This document shows, in pieces, positions 50,093 to 60,419 of a stretch of DNA of 64,000 nucleotides (positions within the stretch are counted from its first letter, which is position 1; each line of letters starts with the position of its first letter). This DNA comes from Parcubacteria group bacterium (GTDB lineage: Bacteria; Patescibacteriota; Minisyncoccia; Moranbacterales; UBA2206), in NCBI GenBank assembly GCA_041675165.1, contig JBAYUI010000002.1, positions 376 to 64,375 on the forward strand. The letters run 5' to 3'. The translations under genes and the position numbers were made by a program. Below the pieces are notes generated by a model. That model searched no databases, had not been told where the DNA came from, and saw only the letters and a program-made list of their open reading frames with translations.

Positions 50093-50206
50093 TCGAGTTA
50101 CGAAACAGAAGAGTTCTTGAAGAACGCATTTCCTCAAGGGCTCTTTTTTTATTTGTCACATTCCCTAATTTATTCTATAATTAACTTGCAGAGGAAGAAG
50201 TAAACC

Positions 50207-50268
50207 AGCCTCCGCTAAAGCTATGGCGTGGCGAAGCCTGCCTTCGCTGAAGCTACGGCGTGGCAAAG
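50207..50268 (+). repeat. Two tandem ~24-bp imperfect direct repeats upstream of ftsA
   Basis: cgctaaagctatggcgtggcgaag / cgctgaagctacggcgtggcaaag. Confidence 0.5.
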
Positions 50269-50297
50269 GAAAAACAAAATAAAAAAAGATTTTATAT

Positions 50298-51566
50298 ATG
50301 GGAATGTTTTCCAAAATTTTAGGCTTTAAGAAAAGTTCTTCGGAGAATTTTCTGTCTTTGGATATCGGAACGGAAGTGGTGAAAGCCTTGGTTTTCAGGA
50401 TCGATGAAAATTCCGGCGCGGGCGTGGTTCGTGGCGTGGGACGGGCGCGCCAAGGCTTGCGCGATATGCATTCCGGCGCGGTCTCGGACATCTCCGGCGT
50501 GATCGCGAACTGTCGAGAGGCGATCAATGCGGCCAAGACGATGGCAGGTGTCAAGAAAGTGGAGAAAGCTATTGTGGGGATTGCTGGAGAGTTGGTGAAA
50601 GGTACGACCACGACGGTACATTATGAAAGGATCAATCCGGAAATCCGGATCGATATTCCGGAATTGAAAAACATCATCCAAAAAGTGCAATGGAAAGCGT
50701 TTGATCGTATCCGGCAGCAATTGGCGTGGGAAACCGGCCACAGCGAGATCGAAGTGAAACTCATCAACGCGGTGATTGTAGACGTGCGCATCGACGGATA
50801 CAAGGTGACCAATCCCGTCGGTTTTCAGGGGCGCGATGTTTCCATCTCCGTTTTCAATGCCTACGCGCCGATGATCCATCTCGGAGCTTTGCAAAAAATC
50901 GCGGACGAATTGAAATTGGAACTTTTGAATATTGCGGCGGAACCATATGCGGTGGCACGTTCGATGGGCATTGAAGATTCGACGGAATTCAGCGCGGTCT
51001 TCATCGACATCGGCGGCGGTACGACCGACATTGCCGTGGTGAGGAACGGAGGACTGGAAGGGACCAAAATGTTTGGATTGGGCGGCCGTGCTTTCACCAA
51101 AAGGCTTTCACAAGAGTTGGGCATCGGCATCGAAGAAGCGGAAGTTTTGAAGATTAAGTACGCGGAAGGGAAGTTGGGTAAAGACGTGAGTATGAAGATC
51201 GAAAAGATTCTGGCGGATGATTGCGATGTGTGGCTGCGCGGTATCGAGCTGACTTTGTCTGAATTTTCCGAATCGGATCTTCTGCCGCACCGTTTTTTCT
51301 TGTGCGGCGGCGGTTCGGGTCTACCGGGAGTGAAGAAAGCCTTGCTCGGAAAAGGCTGGTGCAAGAATCTACCTTTTGCCAAACCCGTGGAAGTGAGTTT
51401 TCTCCAACCGAAAGACGTGGTGAATATCTCGGATGAGACTGGCAAGCTGAAAGACCCGCAAGATATTACGCCGATGGGCTTGGCGAATCTTGCGTTGGAC
51501 CTGGTCGGTGAAGAGAAAATGATGGCAGGCATCTTACGAAGAGCGGTGAGGATGATACAGAAATAG
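50298..51566 (+). CDS. ftsA: Actin-like ATPase, FtsA-type cell-division protein
   Basis: LDIGTEVVKALV N-terminus, FIDIGGGTTDIAV phosphate-2 motif, FLCGGGSGLPGV. 422 aa. No ftsZ follows. Confidence 0.7.
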   Translation: MGMFSKILGFKKSSSENFLSLDIGTEVVKALVFRIDENSGAGVVRGVGRARQGLRDMHSGAVSDISGVIANCREAINAAKTMAGVKKVEKAIVGIAGELVKGTTTTVHYERINPEIRIDIPELKNIIQKVQWKAFDRIRQQLAWETGHSEIEVKLINAVIVDVRIDGYKVTNPVGFQGRDVSISVFNAYAPMIHLGALQKIADELKLELLNIAAEPYAVARSMGIEDSTEFSAVFIDIGGGTTDIAVVRNGGLEGTKMFGLGGRAFTKRLSQELGIGIEEAEVLKIKYAEGKLGKDVSMKIEKILADDCDVWLRGIELTLSEFSESDLLPHRFFLCGGGSGLPGVKKALLGKGWCKNLPFAKPVEVSFLQPKDVVNISDETGKLKDPQDITPMGLANLALDLVGEEKMMAGILRRAVRMIQK

Positions 51567-51746
51567 GTAATAGGTAAAAGGTTTCTCCGGTTGTCCCGCA
51601 GAAAATTCCAATATGGAGTTGAGGTCGGGTGAAGATTTGTGTTCGTAGACGCCTAACGGCTTAGTTTGGAAATAGTCTAAAGTTTTAATAGCGAATTTTC
51701 GCGGGATGCTCATTTTTTTAGCTTCTCGCTTCGCTCGAAGAAAAAA

Positions 51747-53684
51747 ATGGCACATCAAACATTTTACATCGACATCGACGAAGAAATCACTTCCATTGTG
51801 GAACGGTTGCGCCGCGCGCGGGCCAGTGAAATAATCTTGGTGGTGCCCAAGCGCGCGCTTCTGATCCAGAGCATCGTCAATCTGCGCATTTTGAAACGAG
51901 AAGCGGATGAGGCTCGGCTGCAGCTTATGATGGTGACACAGGATAAACTGGGCAAGATTCTGATTGAAAAAGCTGGTATTTTTGTGCAGCAAAAGATGGA
52001 CAATATTTCAGACGAAGAGATCGAGCTGAAGGAAGAATCTCCGTCTTTGGAGAAATATGAAACAGGAACTGAAGTGGAAAAAGAAAGCATCATCAGTGGC
52101 AAGAACCGTTTGGACAAGATCGGATCGGACAGCTATTTCGATGAGAAACAGATAGAAGATCTGAAGCGGAATGAATCGATCAATCTGGAAAAGGAAAAAT
52201 TCTTATTAACGAAGAAAAAGACCGAGAAAGAAGAATTGATAAATAAAGAATTGGTTCTCCGGACCAAAAAAAATCCGGAAATGAAATTGTTGGCCACGCC
52301 ATCTTTTGATCTGAAGCCGGCCACGCCCGCCGTGAAGGCGCCGCCGATCGTTAAGGCGGAAGTGCCTATGCCGGCACCGGCGAGCAGAAGCTTTGTCGGC
52401 CGAGAGGGCGGGGATAATTTCCAAGACAAGAAGATAGAAAATTTCTTCTATCAACCGAATGCCATCGAAAGACAATCGCAAAAAGTTCCAAGCAAGAATT
52501 ATGATACTTATAGCCTTCCCGTGAAAGTGCACAAGTGGTTTTGGGTCTTTGGCGTGGTCACGGTCCTTCTGGCGGCCGGAATCGCAACCTATCTGCTTGT
52601 GCCTAAGGCGGTAGTAGTTGTTTCGGTCAGATTGGATTCACAATCTGTCGATTCTCAGATGACCGGTAAAGTCGGACTGGCGGTTCTGGATGTCGCCAAC
52701 GGAACCGTTCCGGCCAAAGAAGTCTCTTCCGCGCAAGAAGTTAGCGGAAGCTATGACGCGACGGGCAGTGAACTCGTTTCGAATCAGAAAGCGCATGGTA
52801 AAGTTACGATCTATAACGAATTCAGTTCCAGCCCGCAGCCATTGGTGGCCACTACCCGTTTTTTGACGGCGGATGGAAAATTATTCCGCTTGGCGAGCGG
52901 CGTGACGGTCCCCGGGACGGCCGTTGTCGATGGTCAGACGAAGAGCGGAGAAGTGGAAGCTGAGATAGTAGCGGATTCTTCTGGCGATAGCTATAATATC
53001 GGTCCATCCACTTTCAATATCCCCGGTTTCAAAAGCAGCGGGACCAAATATGACAAGATTTATGCCAAATCCGCCACTGCTTTTACCAGTGGCGGAAATG
53101 GGGCGGCGGAATCGAAGGTCATCACTGATAATGACATAGCTTCCGCCAAGAATAAGATATTGACAATGCTCAATAGCCAATTGGAAGAAGCGATGAAAAA
53201 ATCCGGCGGAGAAGATACTGTCATCTTGGACGGAGCTATGAATGAGTCTGATGTGACTTACAAGATTTCCAACTCAACCGGTGACGTGGCGGATTCTTTC
53301 CAGATAACCGCCAGTGCGAATGCCAAAGCGATCGTGATCAGCCAAAAAGATATGAATAGTGTCTTGGCTGATGCATTGGGGAAGAAAGCCGGAGCGAAAA
53401 AAATAGACATCAGTTCCATAAAGACGGATTTCTCCCGATCGGATGTCGATTTTGCCAATGGAACGATCAGTATCAGATTCCATACCACGGGCAAAATCAT
53501 ACCTGATTTCACGACGGACACCATTAAAAAAGCCATTCTGGGAAAAAATGAAGAGCAGATAAAGGCTTATCTCAGCGATTTATCCAATATTGAAAAAGTG
53601 GAAGTGAATTATTGGCCGTCTTTCATAAACGGTCGAGTTCCGGTCTTGTCGGGCCGAGTGAATGTATCTCTTGACCCGATTTAG
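51747..53684 (+). CDS. Large hypothetical membrane-anchored protein
   Basis: 645 aa. Single TM helix near residue 270 (WFWVFGVVTVLLAAGIATYLLV). Ser/Thr/Gly-rich extracytoplasmic region. Confidence 0.5.
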   Translation: MAHQTFYIDIDEEITSIVERLRRARASEIILVVPKRALLIQSIVNLRILKREADEARLQLMMVTQDKLGKILIEKAGIFVQQKMDNISDEEIELKEESPSLEKYETGTEVEKESIISGKNRLDKIGSDSYFDEKQIEDLKRNESINLEKEKFLLTKKKTEKEELINKELVLRTKKNPEMKLLATPSFDLKPATPAVKAPPIVKAEVPMPAPASRSFVGREGGDNFQDKKIENFFYQPNAIERQSQKVPSKNYDTYSLPVKVHKWFWVFGVVTVLLAAGIATYLLVPKAVVVVSVRLDSQSVDSQMTGKVGLAVLDVANGTVPAKEVSSAQEVSGSYDATGSELVSNQKAHGKVTIYNEFSSSPQPLVATTRFLTADGKLFRLASGVTVPGTAVVDGQTKSGEVEAEIVADSSGDSYNIGPSTFNIPGFKSSGTKYDKIYAKSATAFTSGGNGAAESKVITDNDIASAKNKILTMLNSQLEEAMKKSGGEDTVILDGAMNESDVTYKISNSTGDVADSFQITASANAKAIVISQKDMNSVLADALGKKAGAKKIDISSIKTDFSRSDVDFANGTISIRFHTTGKIIPDFTTDTIKKAILGKNEEQIKAYLSDLSNIEKVEVNYWPSFINGRVPVLSGRVNVSLDPI

Positions 53685-53757
53685 AAAGTTTGCTAAGCTG
53701 ATGTAGTTGGAATTTGCCGGTAAAAAGACGCTGAAAAATGTTTGTGGACCGATGGGG

Positions 53758-53786
53758 TTGACAAATAAAAAAAATGGCGTTAGTAT
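53758..53786 (+). promoter_or_regulatory. Sigma70-type promoter for the infA-rpmJ-rpsM-rpsK-rpsD-rpoA-rplQ operon
   Basis: TTGACA, 17-nt spacer, TAGTAT. The ~170-nt leader contains a hairpin plus T-run (ctcaag...cttgag...ctatttttt). Confidence 0.5.
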
Positions 53787-53955
53787 GATAAAGACATTAA
53801 AAATATTGTGAAGTTATAGAGGGAATTTTCCGCTGTGCAAGAATTTGGTCCGGTTTCCGTCCTCAAGCATAAAACAATGATGATCCATAGTTTTGTCTTG
53901 AGAAAGTTCCGTCTATTTTTTGTTTTCCGGGCAATATTTAAAGATAAAATTTTTT

Positions 53956-54177
53956 ATGGCAATCGATAAAGAGCTGGTCAAATTGGAAGGAGAAGTTCTG
54001 GAAAACCTCCCCAATGCCACTTTTAAAATAAAATTGGATAACGGCCACGAAGTGTTGGCCCATATTTCCGGTCGGATGAGGGTGAACTATATCCGGATGA
54101 TTCCTGGGGACAGAGTGATCGTGGAAATGAGCCCGTATGACCTAACTAAGGGAAGGATAGTCCAAAGATTAAAATAA
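53956..54177 (+). CDS. infA: Translation initiation factor IF-1
   Basis: [70 protein letters not shown]1-like IF-1. Confidence 0.95.
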   Translation: MAIDKELVKLEGEVLENLPNATFKIKLDNGHEVLAHISGRMRVNYIRMIPGDRVIVEMSPYDLTKGRIVQRLK

Positions 54178-54178
54178 T

Positions 54179-54292
54179 ATGAAGGTTCGAGCATCGGTGA
54201 AAAAAATTTGCGACAAATGCAAAACGATAAAGCGTAAGGGAAAACTTTACGTGATTTGTTCTAATCCGAAACATAAACAACGCCAAGGCTAA
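54179..54292 (+). CDS. rpmJ: Ribosomal protein L36
   Basis: [37 protein letters not shown], 37 aa. Below the ORF-track cutoff. Confidence 0.9.
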   Translation: MKVRASVKKICDKCKTIKRKGKLYVICSNPKHKQRQG

Positions 54293-54301
54293 TATACAAT
54301 T

Positions 54302-54688
54302 ATGCTACGAATTTCCGGGGTCAATATCCCAGACGAAAAAAGAATAATAATTTCACTGACTTACATCTATGGCATCGGACCGGCCATTTCCGCGCGTATT
54401 TTGGGAGAACTTAAAATTTCTCCTGACAAACGGACAAGAGACCTTTCGGAAGACGAACAGAACGAAATCCGATCCTACGTGGAGAAAAAGATCAAAACGG
54501 AAGGAGATTTGAAATATGAAGTGCGCAACAATGTGAAGCGTTTGAAAGAAGTGGGCTGCTATCGCGGTACGCGCCATCAGAAAGGCTTGCCATCTCGTGG
54601 ACAAAGGACTAAGACGAACAATCGGACCGTAAGAGGCAACGTTAGACATACGATGGGAAGCGGAAGAGTCAAAACGGAAAAGACTTAG
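54302..54688 (+). CDS. rpsM: Ribosomal protein S13
   Basis: MLRISGVNIPDEKRIIISLTYIYGIGPAISARIL. Confidence 0.95.
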   Translation: MLRISGVNIPDEKRIIISLTYIYGIGPAISARILGELKISPDKRTRDLSEDEQNEIRSYVEKKIKTEGDLKYEVRNNVKRLKEVGCYRGTRHQKGLPSRGQRTKTNNRTVRGNVRHTMGSGRVKTEKT

Positions 54689-54776
54689 GATACTGTTGCC
54701 ATATTGTTATATTGCTAAATTGTTATTTATTTAAAACGGGCAATGTAACAAGTTAACTATTTAGTAATGCAATTCA

Positions 54777-55241
54777 ATGACTGAAGAAATCAATAAAAAA
54801 GAAGAAAGCGCAGTAGCGCCGCTGGGAACTCAAGATTTGGATGTGGAGGCAGTGGAAACGCCGGCTGTTAAAAAAGCCAAAAAAAGCAAACGTCAGATTA
54901 CGCGCGGACGAGCAGTCGTCAAATGCTCCTACAACAATACCGCGGTGAATATCGCGGATGCTCAAGGGAATATCTTGGGCTGGGCGACTTCCGGTCTGAT
55001 GGGATTCAAGGGTGCGAAAAAAGCAACCCCGTATGCCGCGACTCAAGTGGTGGCTAACGTGACTGAAAAGGTCAGAAAATATGGCATCAAAGAATTGGAA
55101 GTTTATGTGAAGGGAGTCGGCAGCGGACGAGAATCCTCGATCCGAGCCTTGGCTAATAATGGTTTCGATTTAATTTTAATCAAAGATATAACGCCCATTC
55201 CGCACAATGGTTGTCGGGCGAAAAAACCTAGAAGAGTATAA
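54777..55241 (+). CDS. rpsK: Ribosomal protein S11
   Basis: AVVKCSYNNTAVNIADAQGNILGWATSG...TPIPHNGCRAKKPRRV. Has an N-terminal extension. Confidence 0.93.
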   Translation: MTEEINKKEESAVAPLGTQDLDVEAVETPAVKKAKKSKRQITRGRAVVKCSYNNTAVNIADAQGNILGWATSGLMGFKGAKKATPYAATQVVANVTEKVRKYGIKELEVYVKGVGSGRESSIRALANNGFDLILIKDITPIPHNGCRAKKPRRV

Positions 55242-55243
55242 AT

Positions 55244-55876
55244 ATGGCACGAGATACGCAAGCTAAATGCAGGAAATGTCGGAGAGCCGGCGAAAAACTT
55301 TTTTTGAAAGGTGACCGTTGTGGTACGCCAAAATGCGCTATGACCCGCCGCGCTTATGCGCCGGGAGTCCATGGGAAAAAACCGGGCAGAGGTCTTAGTG
55401 AATATGGATTACAGTTGGCCGCCAAGCAGAAGCTGAAAAGAGTTTATGGAATCTTGGAAAAACAATTCCGCAAACATTTTGACGATATCAAGCACAAAAA
55501 GGGGATTACGGGAGACTTGCTCTTGGCCCGCTTGGAAATGCGTTTGGACAATGTGATATATCGCACAGGCCTCGCTGCTTCTAGGTCGCAAGCCAGACAA
55601 TTGGTGAATCATGGCCTGATTGTGGTGGATGGTAAAAAAGTGACCATTCCTTCTTATGAGATCAAGATCGGTCAGACTGCGGGAATCAATCCGAACAAGG
55701 CCGGCAAAAATTATTTCAAGAACTTAGAGCAGATACTCAAAAATAAGAATGATTTTCCTTCTTGGCTCACCTATGACGTTGCAAGCGGCCAAGCCAAGAT
55801 AACCGCTGTTCCGAACAAGGATGAGATCGGAGTGAACGTGGACGCGCAAATCATCGTTGAATATTATTCCAGATAA
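55244..55876 (+). CDS. rpsD: Ribosomal protein S4
   Basis: MARDTQAKCRKCRRAGEKLFLKGDRCGTPKC zinc-ribbon N-terminus. S4 domain. Confidence 0.95.
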   Translation: MARDTQAKCRKCRRAGEKLFLKGDRCGTPKCAMTRRAYAPGVHGKKPGRGLSEYGLQLAAKQKLKRVYGILEKQFRKHFDDIKHKKGITGDLLLARLEMRLDNVIYRTGLAASRSQARQLVNHGLIVVDGKKVTIPSYEIKIGQTAGINPNKAGKNYFKNLEQILKNKNDFPSWLTYDVASGQAKITAVPNKDEIGVNVDAQIIVEYYSR

Positions 55877-55898
55877 ATTAAATAATTTAATCAAAATT

Positions 55899-56885
55899 AT
55901 GCAATCAATATCTCTTCCTCAAAAACCCAAATACACCGTCATCGATGAAAAAACGGGGTTATTTGAAATTGAAGGATGCTATCCGGGGTATGGCACGACA
56001 CTAGGCAATGCCATCCGTCGAGTGCTTCTGTCTTCTATGCCGGGCGCGGCCATCACATCGGTCAAGGTCAAGAATGCCAAGCATGAATTCTCAACCCTGC
56101 CGAATGTTATGGAGGATATCATCCAGATCATCCTCAATCTGAAACAAGTTAGATTCAGATTGTTCGACGAGGGACCGGTCAAAGTCAATTTGAATGTCAA
56201 AGGGGAGAAAGTCATCACTGCGGGGATGATAGAGTGCCCGTCCAACTTGGAAGTGGTCAACAAAGATGCCCACATTGCGACCATTACGGGAGCCAAAGGA
56301 GAATTGGAGATGGAACTGGAAGTTTCTTCCGGCATCGGCTATGTGCCTGTTGAACAGCAAGAGCGTAGGGAAAAAGAAGTGGGTGTCATCGCTTTGGACG
56401 CGATCTACACTCCCGTACGGAGAGTGAATTACACTATTTCCAATATGCGCGTAGGCAAGAAGACCGATTTCGAAAAGATCAGCTTGGAAGTGATGACCGA
56501 CGGAAGCGTCACTCCGCTCGTAGCCTTTTCCCAAGCGGTAGATATTTTGGTGAAGCAATTTTCCGAATTGGTCGAAATGGAAGCGGAAATGAAGGTAGAG
56601 GCGGTGGTGGAAAAAGTTGCTAAGCAGGAAGACGCAGTAGTCGAAGAAAAAGAAGTCTCTTCCGCGACAGCGACCGATCCGGAAAAAATCGAAGTGACCG
56701 AGCTCAAAAATCTGTCTACCCGCACCTTGAACGTTCTGGAGAAAGGCAAGATCCATCGCGTGGGAGATATCATAAAGTTGGATGAAGCCCGTCTTATGGA
56801 GTTGGAAGGTATGGGAGCCAAAGGAGTGAAAGAGATCAAAAAAGCTATTGGAGATTTCGGATTGAATCTGAAAAAATCCGAATAG
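55899..56885 (+). CDS. rpoA: DNA-directed RNA polymerase alpha subunit
   Basis: N-terminal domain GYGTTLGNAIRRVLLSSMPGAAITSVKV. C-terminal alpha-CTD (LSTRTLNVLEKGKIHRVGDI). Confidence 0.93.
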   Translation: MQSISLPQKPKYTVIDEKTGLFEIEGCYPGYGTTLGNAIRRVLLSSMPGAAITSVKVKNAKHEFSTLPNVMEDIIQIILNLKQVRFRLFDEGPVKVNLNVKGEKVITAGMIECPSNLEVVNKDAHIATITGAKGELEMELEVSSGIGYVPVEQQERREKEVGVIALDAIYTPVRRVNYTISNMRVGKKTDFEKISLEVMTDGSVTPLVAFSQAVDILVKQFSELVEMEAEMKVEAVVEKVAKQEDAVVEEKEVSSATATDPEKIEVTELKNLSTRTLNVLEKGKIHRVGDIIKLDEARLMELEGMGAKGVKEIKKAIGDFGLNLKKSE

Positions 56886-56911
56886 GAAAAAGATAATTTT
56901 AAGCTAAAGTT

Positions 56912-57277
56912 ATGCAACACAAGAATAAAACTAAAGAATTCGGAAGGACTGCCAGCCAGAGGAAGGCGCTTTGGCGCACGATGTTGGGAAGCCTGATCAT
57001 CAGTGAAAAGATCGAGACGACTGAAGCAAAAGCCAAGGAATTGAAGGGTAGGATCGATAAAATCATCAATAAGGCCAAGAAATATCCGAAAGAAGGAGAG
57101 CAGAGACTGGCCGCAAGAAGAAATCTGAAAAAAGACATCCCGCTTATGGCTGTAGAAAAAATGATGGGAGAATTTTTGAAAAAATTTGAAAATAGACGAA
57201 GCGGCTATACGCGAGTGATTAAGCTGGCTCCGCGCAAAAGTGATAACGCCAGATTAGCGATAATCGAATTCGTGTAG
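56912..57277 (+). CDS. rplQ: Ribosomal protein L17
   Basis: RKALWRTMLGSLIISEKIETTEAKAKELKG...YTRVIKLAPRKSDNA. Confidence 0.92.
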   Translation: MQHKNKTKEFGRTASQRKALWRTMLGSLIISEKIETTEAKAKELKGRIDKIINKAKKYPKEGEQRLAARRNLKKDIPLMAVEKMMGEFLKKFENRRSGYTRVIKLAPRKSDNARLAIIEFV

Positions 57278-57372
57278 GTTACGAAATACGAAATAAATAC
57301 GAAATACGAAAAAATTAAAATACGGAGAATGTCAATATGGTAACGTTTCGTATTTAGTAAATTTCGTAGTTC
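57278..57372. repeat. Intergenic simple-repeat hairpin (acgaaatacgaaa / tttcgtatttcgt units)
   Basis: ttacgaaatacgaaataaatacgaaatacgaaaaaat...aacgtttcgtatttagtaaatttcgtagttcgtaaat. A related acgaactacgaaatgaacgaaatacgaaa sits after parB (29083-29112). Confidence 0.6.
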
Positions 57373-57386
57373 GTAAATAGAAATTT

Positions 57387-57782
57387 ATGAAAAACATTAC
57401 CAGAAAATATCATCTGTTTGACGCCAAAAGCAAACCTCTTGGCCGTTTAGCGACGGAAATAGCGACTATTTTGCGCGGGAAGAACAAAGCTGATTTCACT
57501 CCGCACATCGATGGCGGCGATATCGCTGTGGTGATAAATTCCGACAGTCTTTGCGTGAGCGGCAAGAAGATGGAAGATAAGATCTATCATTATTTCAGCG
57601 GATATCCCGGCGGAGTGAGAGACGTGAAACTCAAGGATAAGATTGAAGCTGATTCCAGAAAAGTGGTTTCCGAGGCGGTCTATGGAATGTTGCCGAAGAA
57701 TAAATTGCGCAACAAGATGATGCTGCGGCTCAAGATCTATAAAGATGATAAGCACGAACATAAGATAGAAGTAACACACTAG
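57387..57782 (+). CDS. rplM: Ribosomal protein L13
   Basis: KPLGRLATEIATILRGKNKADFTPHIDGGDIAVVINSD. Confidence 0.93.
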   Translation: MKNITRKYHLFDAKSKPLGRLATEIATILRGKNKADFTPHIDGGDIAVVINSDSLCVSGKKMEDKIYHYFSGYPGGVRDVKLKDKIEADSRKVVSEAVYGMLPKNKLRNKMMLRLKIYKDDKHEHKIEVTH

Positions 57783-57795
57783 TCAAGTCAACATT

Positions 57796-58248
57796 ATGGC
57801 AATCAAAAAAGCAGTCGAAAAAGAAAATACCAAGAAAGAAGAGGTTTCCAAGGAAGAACGCTATTTTTATGCGGTCGGAAGACGAAAGACTTCTGTGGCT
57901 AAAATAAAACTTTTCCCTTCCAAAGAAGAACAGAGCTCGATCGAGATCAATGAAAAGAAATTAGAAGCTTATTTCCCCACAGAACATCTTTGGGAGATCG
58001 CCAAGGCCCCGTTGGAGCTGATGGGTGATAGCAAGTTTCGAGTGTCAGTCAAGGCGTCCGGTGGCGGCTGTAGCGCCCAGGCGGATGCGGTGAGACTGGG
58101 AATCGCCCGAGCTTTGGTCGTGCTTGATGAAACATTGAAAAAGACTTTCAAAGATAAAGGTTATCTGACCCGTGATCCACGTGAAGTGGAACGCAAAAAA
58201 CCAGGACTCAAAAAAGCCCGGCGCGCGCCGCAGTGGGCGAAGCGCTAG
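57796..58248 (+). CDS. rpsI: Ribosomal protein S9
   Basis: C-terminus KKPGLKKARRAPQWAKR. GRRKTSVAKI. Confidence 0.93.
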   Translation: MAIKKAVEKENTKKEEVSKEERYFYAVGRRKTSVAKIKLFPSKEEQSSIEINEKKLEAYFPTEHLWEIAKAPLELMGDSKFRVSVKASGGGCSAQADAVRLGIARALVVLDETLKKTFKDKGYLTRDPREVERKKPGLKKARRAPQWAKR

Positions 58249-58325
58249 GATCGGAATCATATATCTTGTTTGCAAAGACTCTTCTATCCGGAAGGGTTTT
58301 TTGATGGACAATGTTTTTTAATCGG

Positions 58326-58353
58326 AAAAAAGACACCCTAGCGGGTGTCTTTT
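58326..58353. terminator. Bidirectional terminator between rpsI (+) and rpmE (-)
   Basis: aaaaaagacaccc-tagc-gggtgtctttt. Confidence 0.6.
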
Positions 58354-58382
58354 GCGTTTTTCGTGAAACTTTTCCGAGAAAA

Positions 58383-58673
58383 TTATTTCTTTTTCTTTTT
58401 CGATACGACTTTTTTGGTTTCAGCCTTAGCTTTTCTGACACGTTCTTTCTTGACCGGTGCCGTTTTTTTCTGGGCGGCTTTTTCGGCCAGTTTCTTGAAG
58501 CGGTCAACGCGGCCAGCAGTGCTCATGACCTTCTTTTTACCGGTATAGAGCGGATGACAAGCGCTGCAAATCTCCACTTTCATCTCCTTTATGGTTGAAC
58601 CGACTTCAATCACATTACCGCAAGCACAGATTATCTTAGCGTCGTGATATGTCGGGTGGATGTTCTTTTTCAT
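58383..58673 (-). CDS. rpmE: Ribosomal protein L31 with a Lys-rich C-terminal tail
   Basis: [48 protein letters not shown]. Confidence 0.9.
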   Translation of the reverse strand: MKKNIHPTYHDAKIICACGNVIEVGSTIKEMKVEICSACHPLYTGKKKVMSTAGRVDRFKKLAEKAAQKKTAPVKKERVRKAKAETKKVVSKKKKK

Positions 58674-58916
58674 GGTTTATATACGAATTAGGCTGCTTAC
58701 ATTTACTAGAGTAATCTAGCATACAAAAATATAATTGACAAGAGGGCGTGGGGCTGGTATATTGGGTAGGTAACAAAAACTCATATTTTTTGGGCTTTCT
58801 CCTGCCCCGACGTAGCGTCGAGGTTAAAAAGCTGGAATGTGACGAAGGTCACAACCCAACAAGAAATAGCGGACGCTGGCCGATAATGGTCGGAGTATAA
58901 TAATTAAGGAAAAAAT

Positions 58917-59732
58917 ATGCAAAATGAAGAAGTCGAGCCGGCGGCAAAATCCGACTCAAAAAAGGCAGAATCCAATCCCGCTGTGGATTATTTTGCCGGT
59001 GTTAATTTTTCGAAACTGGAAGTCAGGATCGAGGATATGTTCAAGAGCGGAGTGCACTTCGGACATCACAAATCCAGAAGGAATCCCAAGATGAGCGAAT
59101 ATATTTTCGCTACGAAAAACGATATCAATATTTTCGATCTGGAAAAGACCAAGGCCAAGCTGGATGAAGCGATGCGATTTTTGACGGGAGTGGCAGCTGC
59201 GGGAGAAGAGATCCTTTTTGTGGGCACGAGAAAACAAGCCAAGAAAATCGTAGAGGTTGCCGCACTTAAGTGTGAAATGCCATTCGTGACTGAGAGATGG
59301 TTGGGTGGAACATTCACTAACTTTTCGGTTATTTCCATTCGCACCAAATATTTGCGCGATGGTTTGGAAAATATGGAAAAAGGCGAATATGCCAAATACA
59401 CGAAGTTTGAACGGATGAAAAAAGCCGAGGAATTGGAAAGGATGGAGAGAAGGATGGGCGGTATCAAAAATATGCGTAAACTTCCGGGGGCGATTTTTGT
59501 TTCTTCCATAATCGAAGATAATCTGGCGATCAAAGAAGCGCAAAGTCTGCATATCCCGATCGTCGCCCTAGCTGATTCCAACACTAATCCGACAGGCATC
59601 GATTATCTGATCCCGTCCAATGAAGACGCGGTGTCGGCACTGCGCTTAATGATGGCCTATATGACCAAAGCGATCCTAGAAGGCAAGGCGAAAAAAGTGG
59701 CGCCACAACCCGCAGAAGAAAAAAAGAACTAA
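58917..59732 (+). CDS. rpsB: Ribosomal protein S2
   Basis: GVHFGHHKSRRNPKMSEYIFATKNDINIFDLEKT. 271 aa. Confidence 0.95.
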   Translation: MQNEEVEPAAKSDSKKAESNPAVDYFAGVNFSKLEVRIEDMFKSGVHFGHHKSRRNPKMSEYIFATKNDINIFDLEKTKAKLDEAMRFLTGVAAAGEEILFVGTRKQAKKIVEVAALKCEMPFVTERWLGGTFTNFSVISIRTKYLRDGLENMEKGEYAKYTKFERMKKAEELERMERRMGGIKNMRKLPGAIFVSSIIEDNLAIKEAQSLHIPIVALADSNTNPTGIDYLIPSNEDAVSALRLMMAYMTKAILEGKAKKVAPQPAEEKKN

Positions 59733-59752
59733 TAAGTCATAAGTGTGAAAAT

Positions 59753-60331
59753 ATGTTGGAAAAAATAAAAAAATTAAGAGAACAAACTGGCGCCGGAATG
59801 GTGGAGATCAAAAAAGCTCTGACTGAGGCCGAAGGCGACGAAGCCAAGGCCATTGAAATTTTGAGAGAAAAGGGTTTGGAGAAAGCTTCCAAGAAAGCGA
59901 CCAGAGAGACACAAGAAGGCGTTGTGGCCAGCTATATCCATTCCAATGGACGAGTGGGCGCGATGGTCAAGCTGCTCTGCGAAACTGATTTCGTGGCACG
60001 CAATGATGAATTCAAAACTTTGGCTGTTGATATCGCAATGCACATCACGGCTATGAAACCGCAAGCCATAAGACCGGAAGAAGTGAGCGCAGAAGCGGTA
60101 GCTAATGAGAAAGCGATCTGGCTGGAACAGTTGAAAGAAGAAAAAAAACCTGAGCAGATGATCCCTGGAATTCTGGACGACCAAGAAAAGAAATTTCGCG
60201 AAGAGATTTCGCTAATGACGCAAGCTTTCGTGAAGGACCCCGATCGGACGGTGGGGGATGTCATAAATGAAAAGATCGCCAAGATCGGAGAGAATATTCA
60301 GATAGGAGAATTTAGTCGTTTAGAATTATAA
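59753..60331 (+). CDS. tsf: Elongation factor Ts (short form)
   Basis: MLEKIKKLREQTGAGMVEIKKALTEAEGDEAKAIEILREKG, UBA-like N-terminus plus dimerisation core. 192 aa. Confidence 0.93.
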   Translation: MLEKIKKLREQTGAGMVEIKKALTEAEGDEAKAIEILREKGLEKASKKATRETQEGVVASYIHSNGRVGAMVKLLCETDFVARNDEFKTLAVDIAMHITAMKPQAIRPEEVSAEAVANEKAIWLEQLKEEKKPEQMIPGILDDQEKKFREEISLMTQAFVKDPDRTVGDVINEKIAKIGENIQIGEFSRLEL

Positions 60332-60419
60332 ATGCGAACAGCTGCGAATCAAAAATGAATGATTACGGATTAAATTTGGAAATATTCATAACTGCATTCG
60401 CGATGATTCGCTAATCCTT

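Noticed and set aside
50298-51566. PilM instead of FtsA
   Set aside because: Length (422 aa) and the FtsA-like 1C/2B layout favour FtsA. No pilN/pilO follow. Kept as FtsA at moderate confidence.
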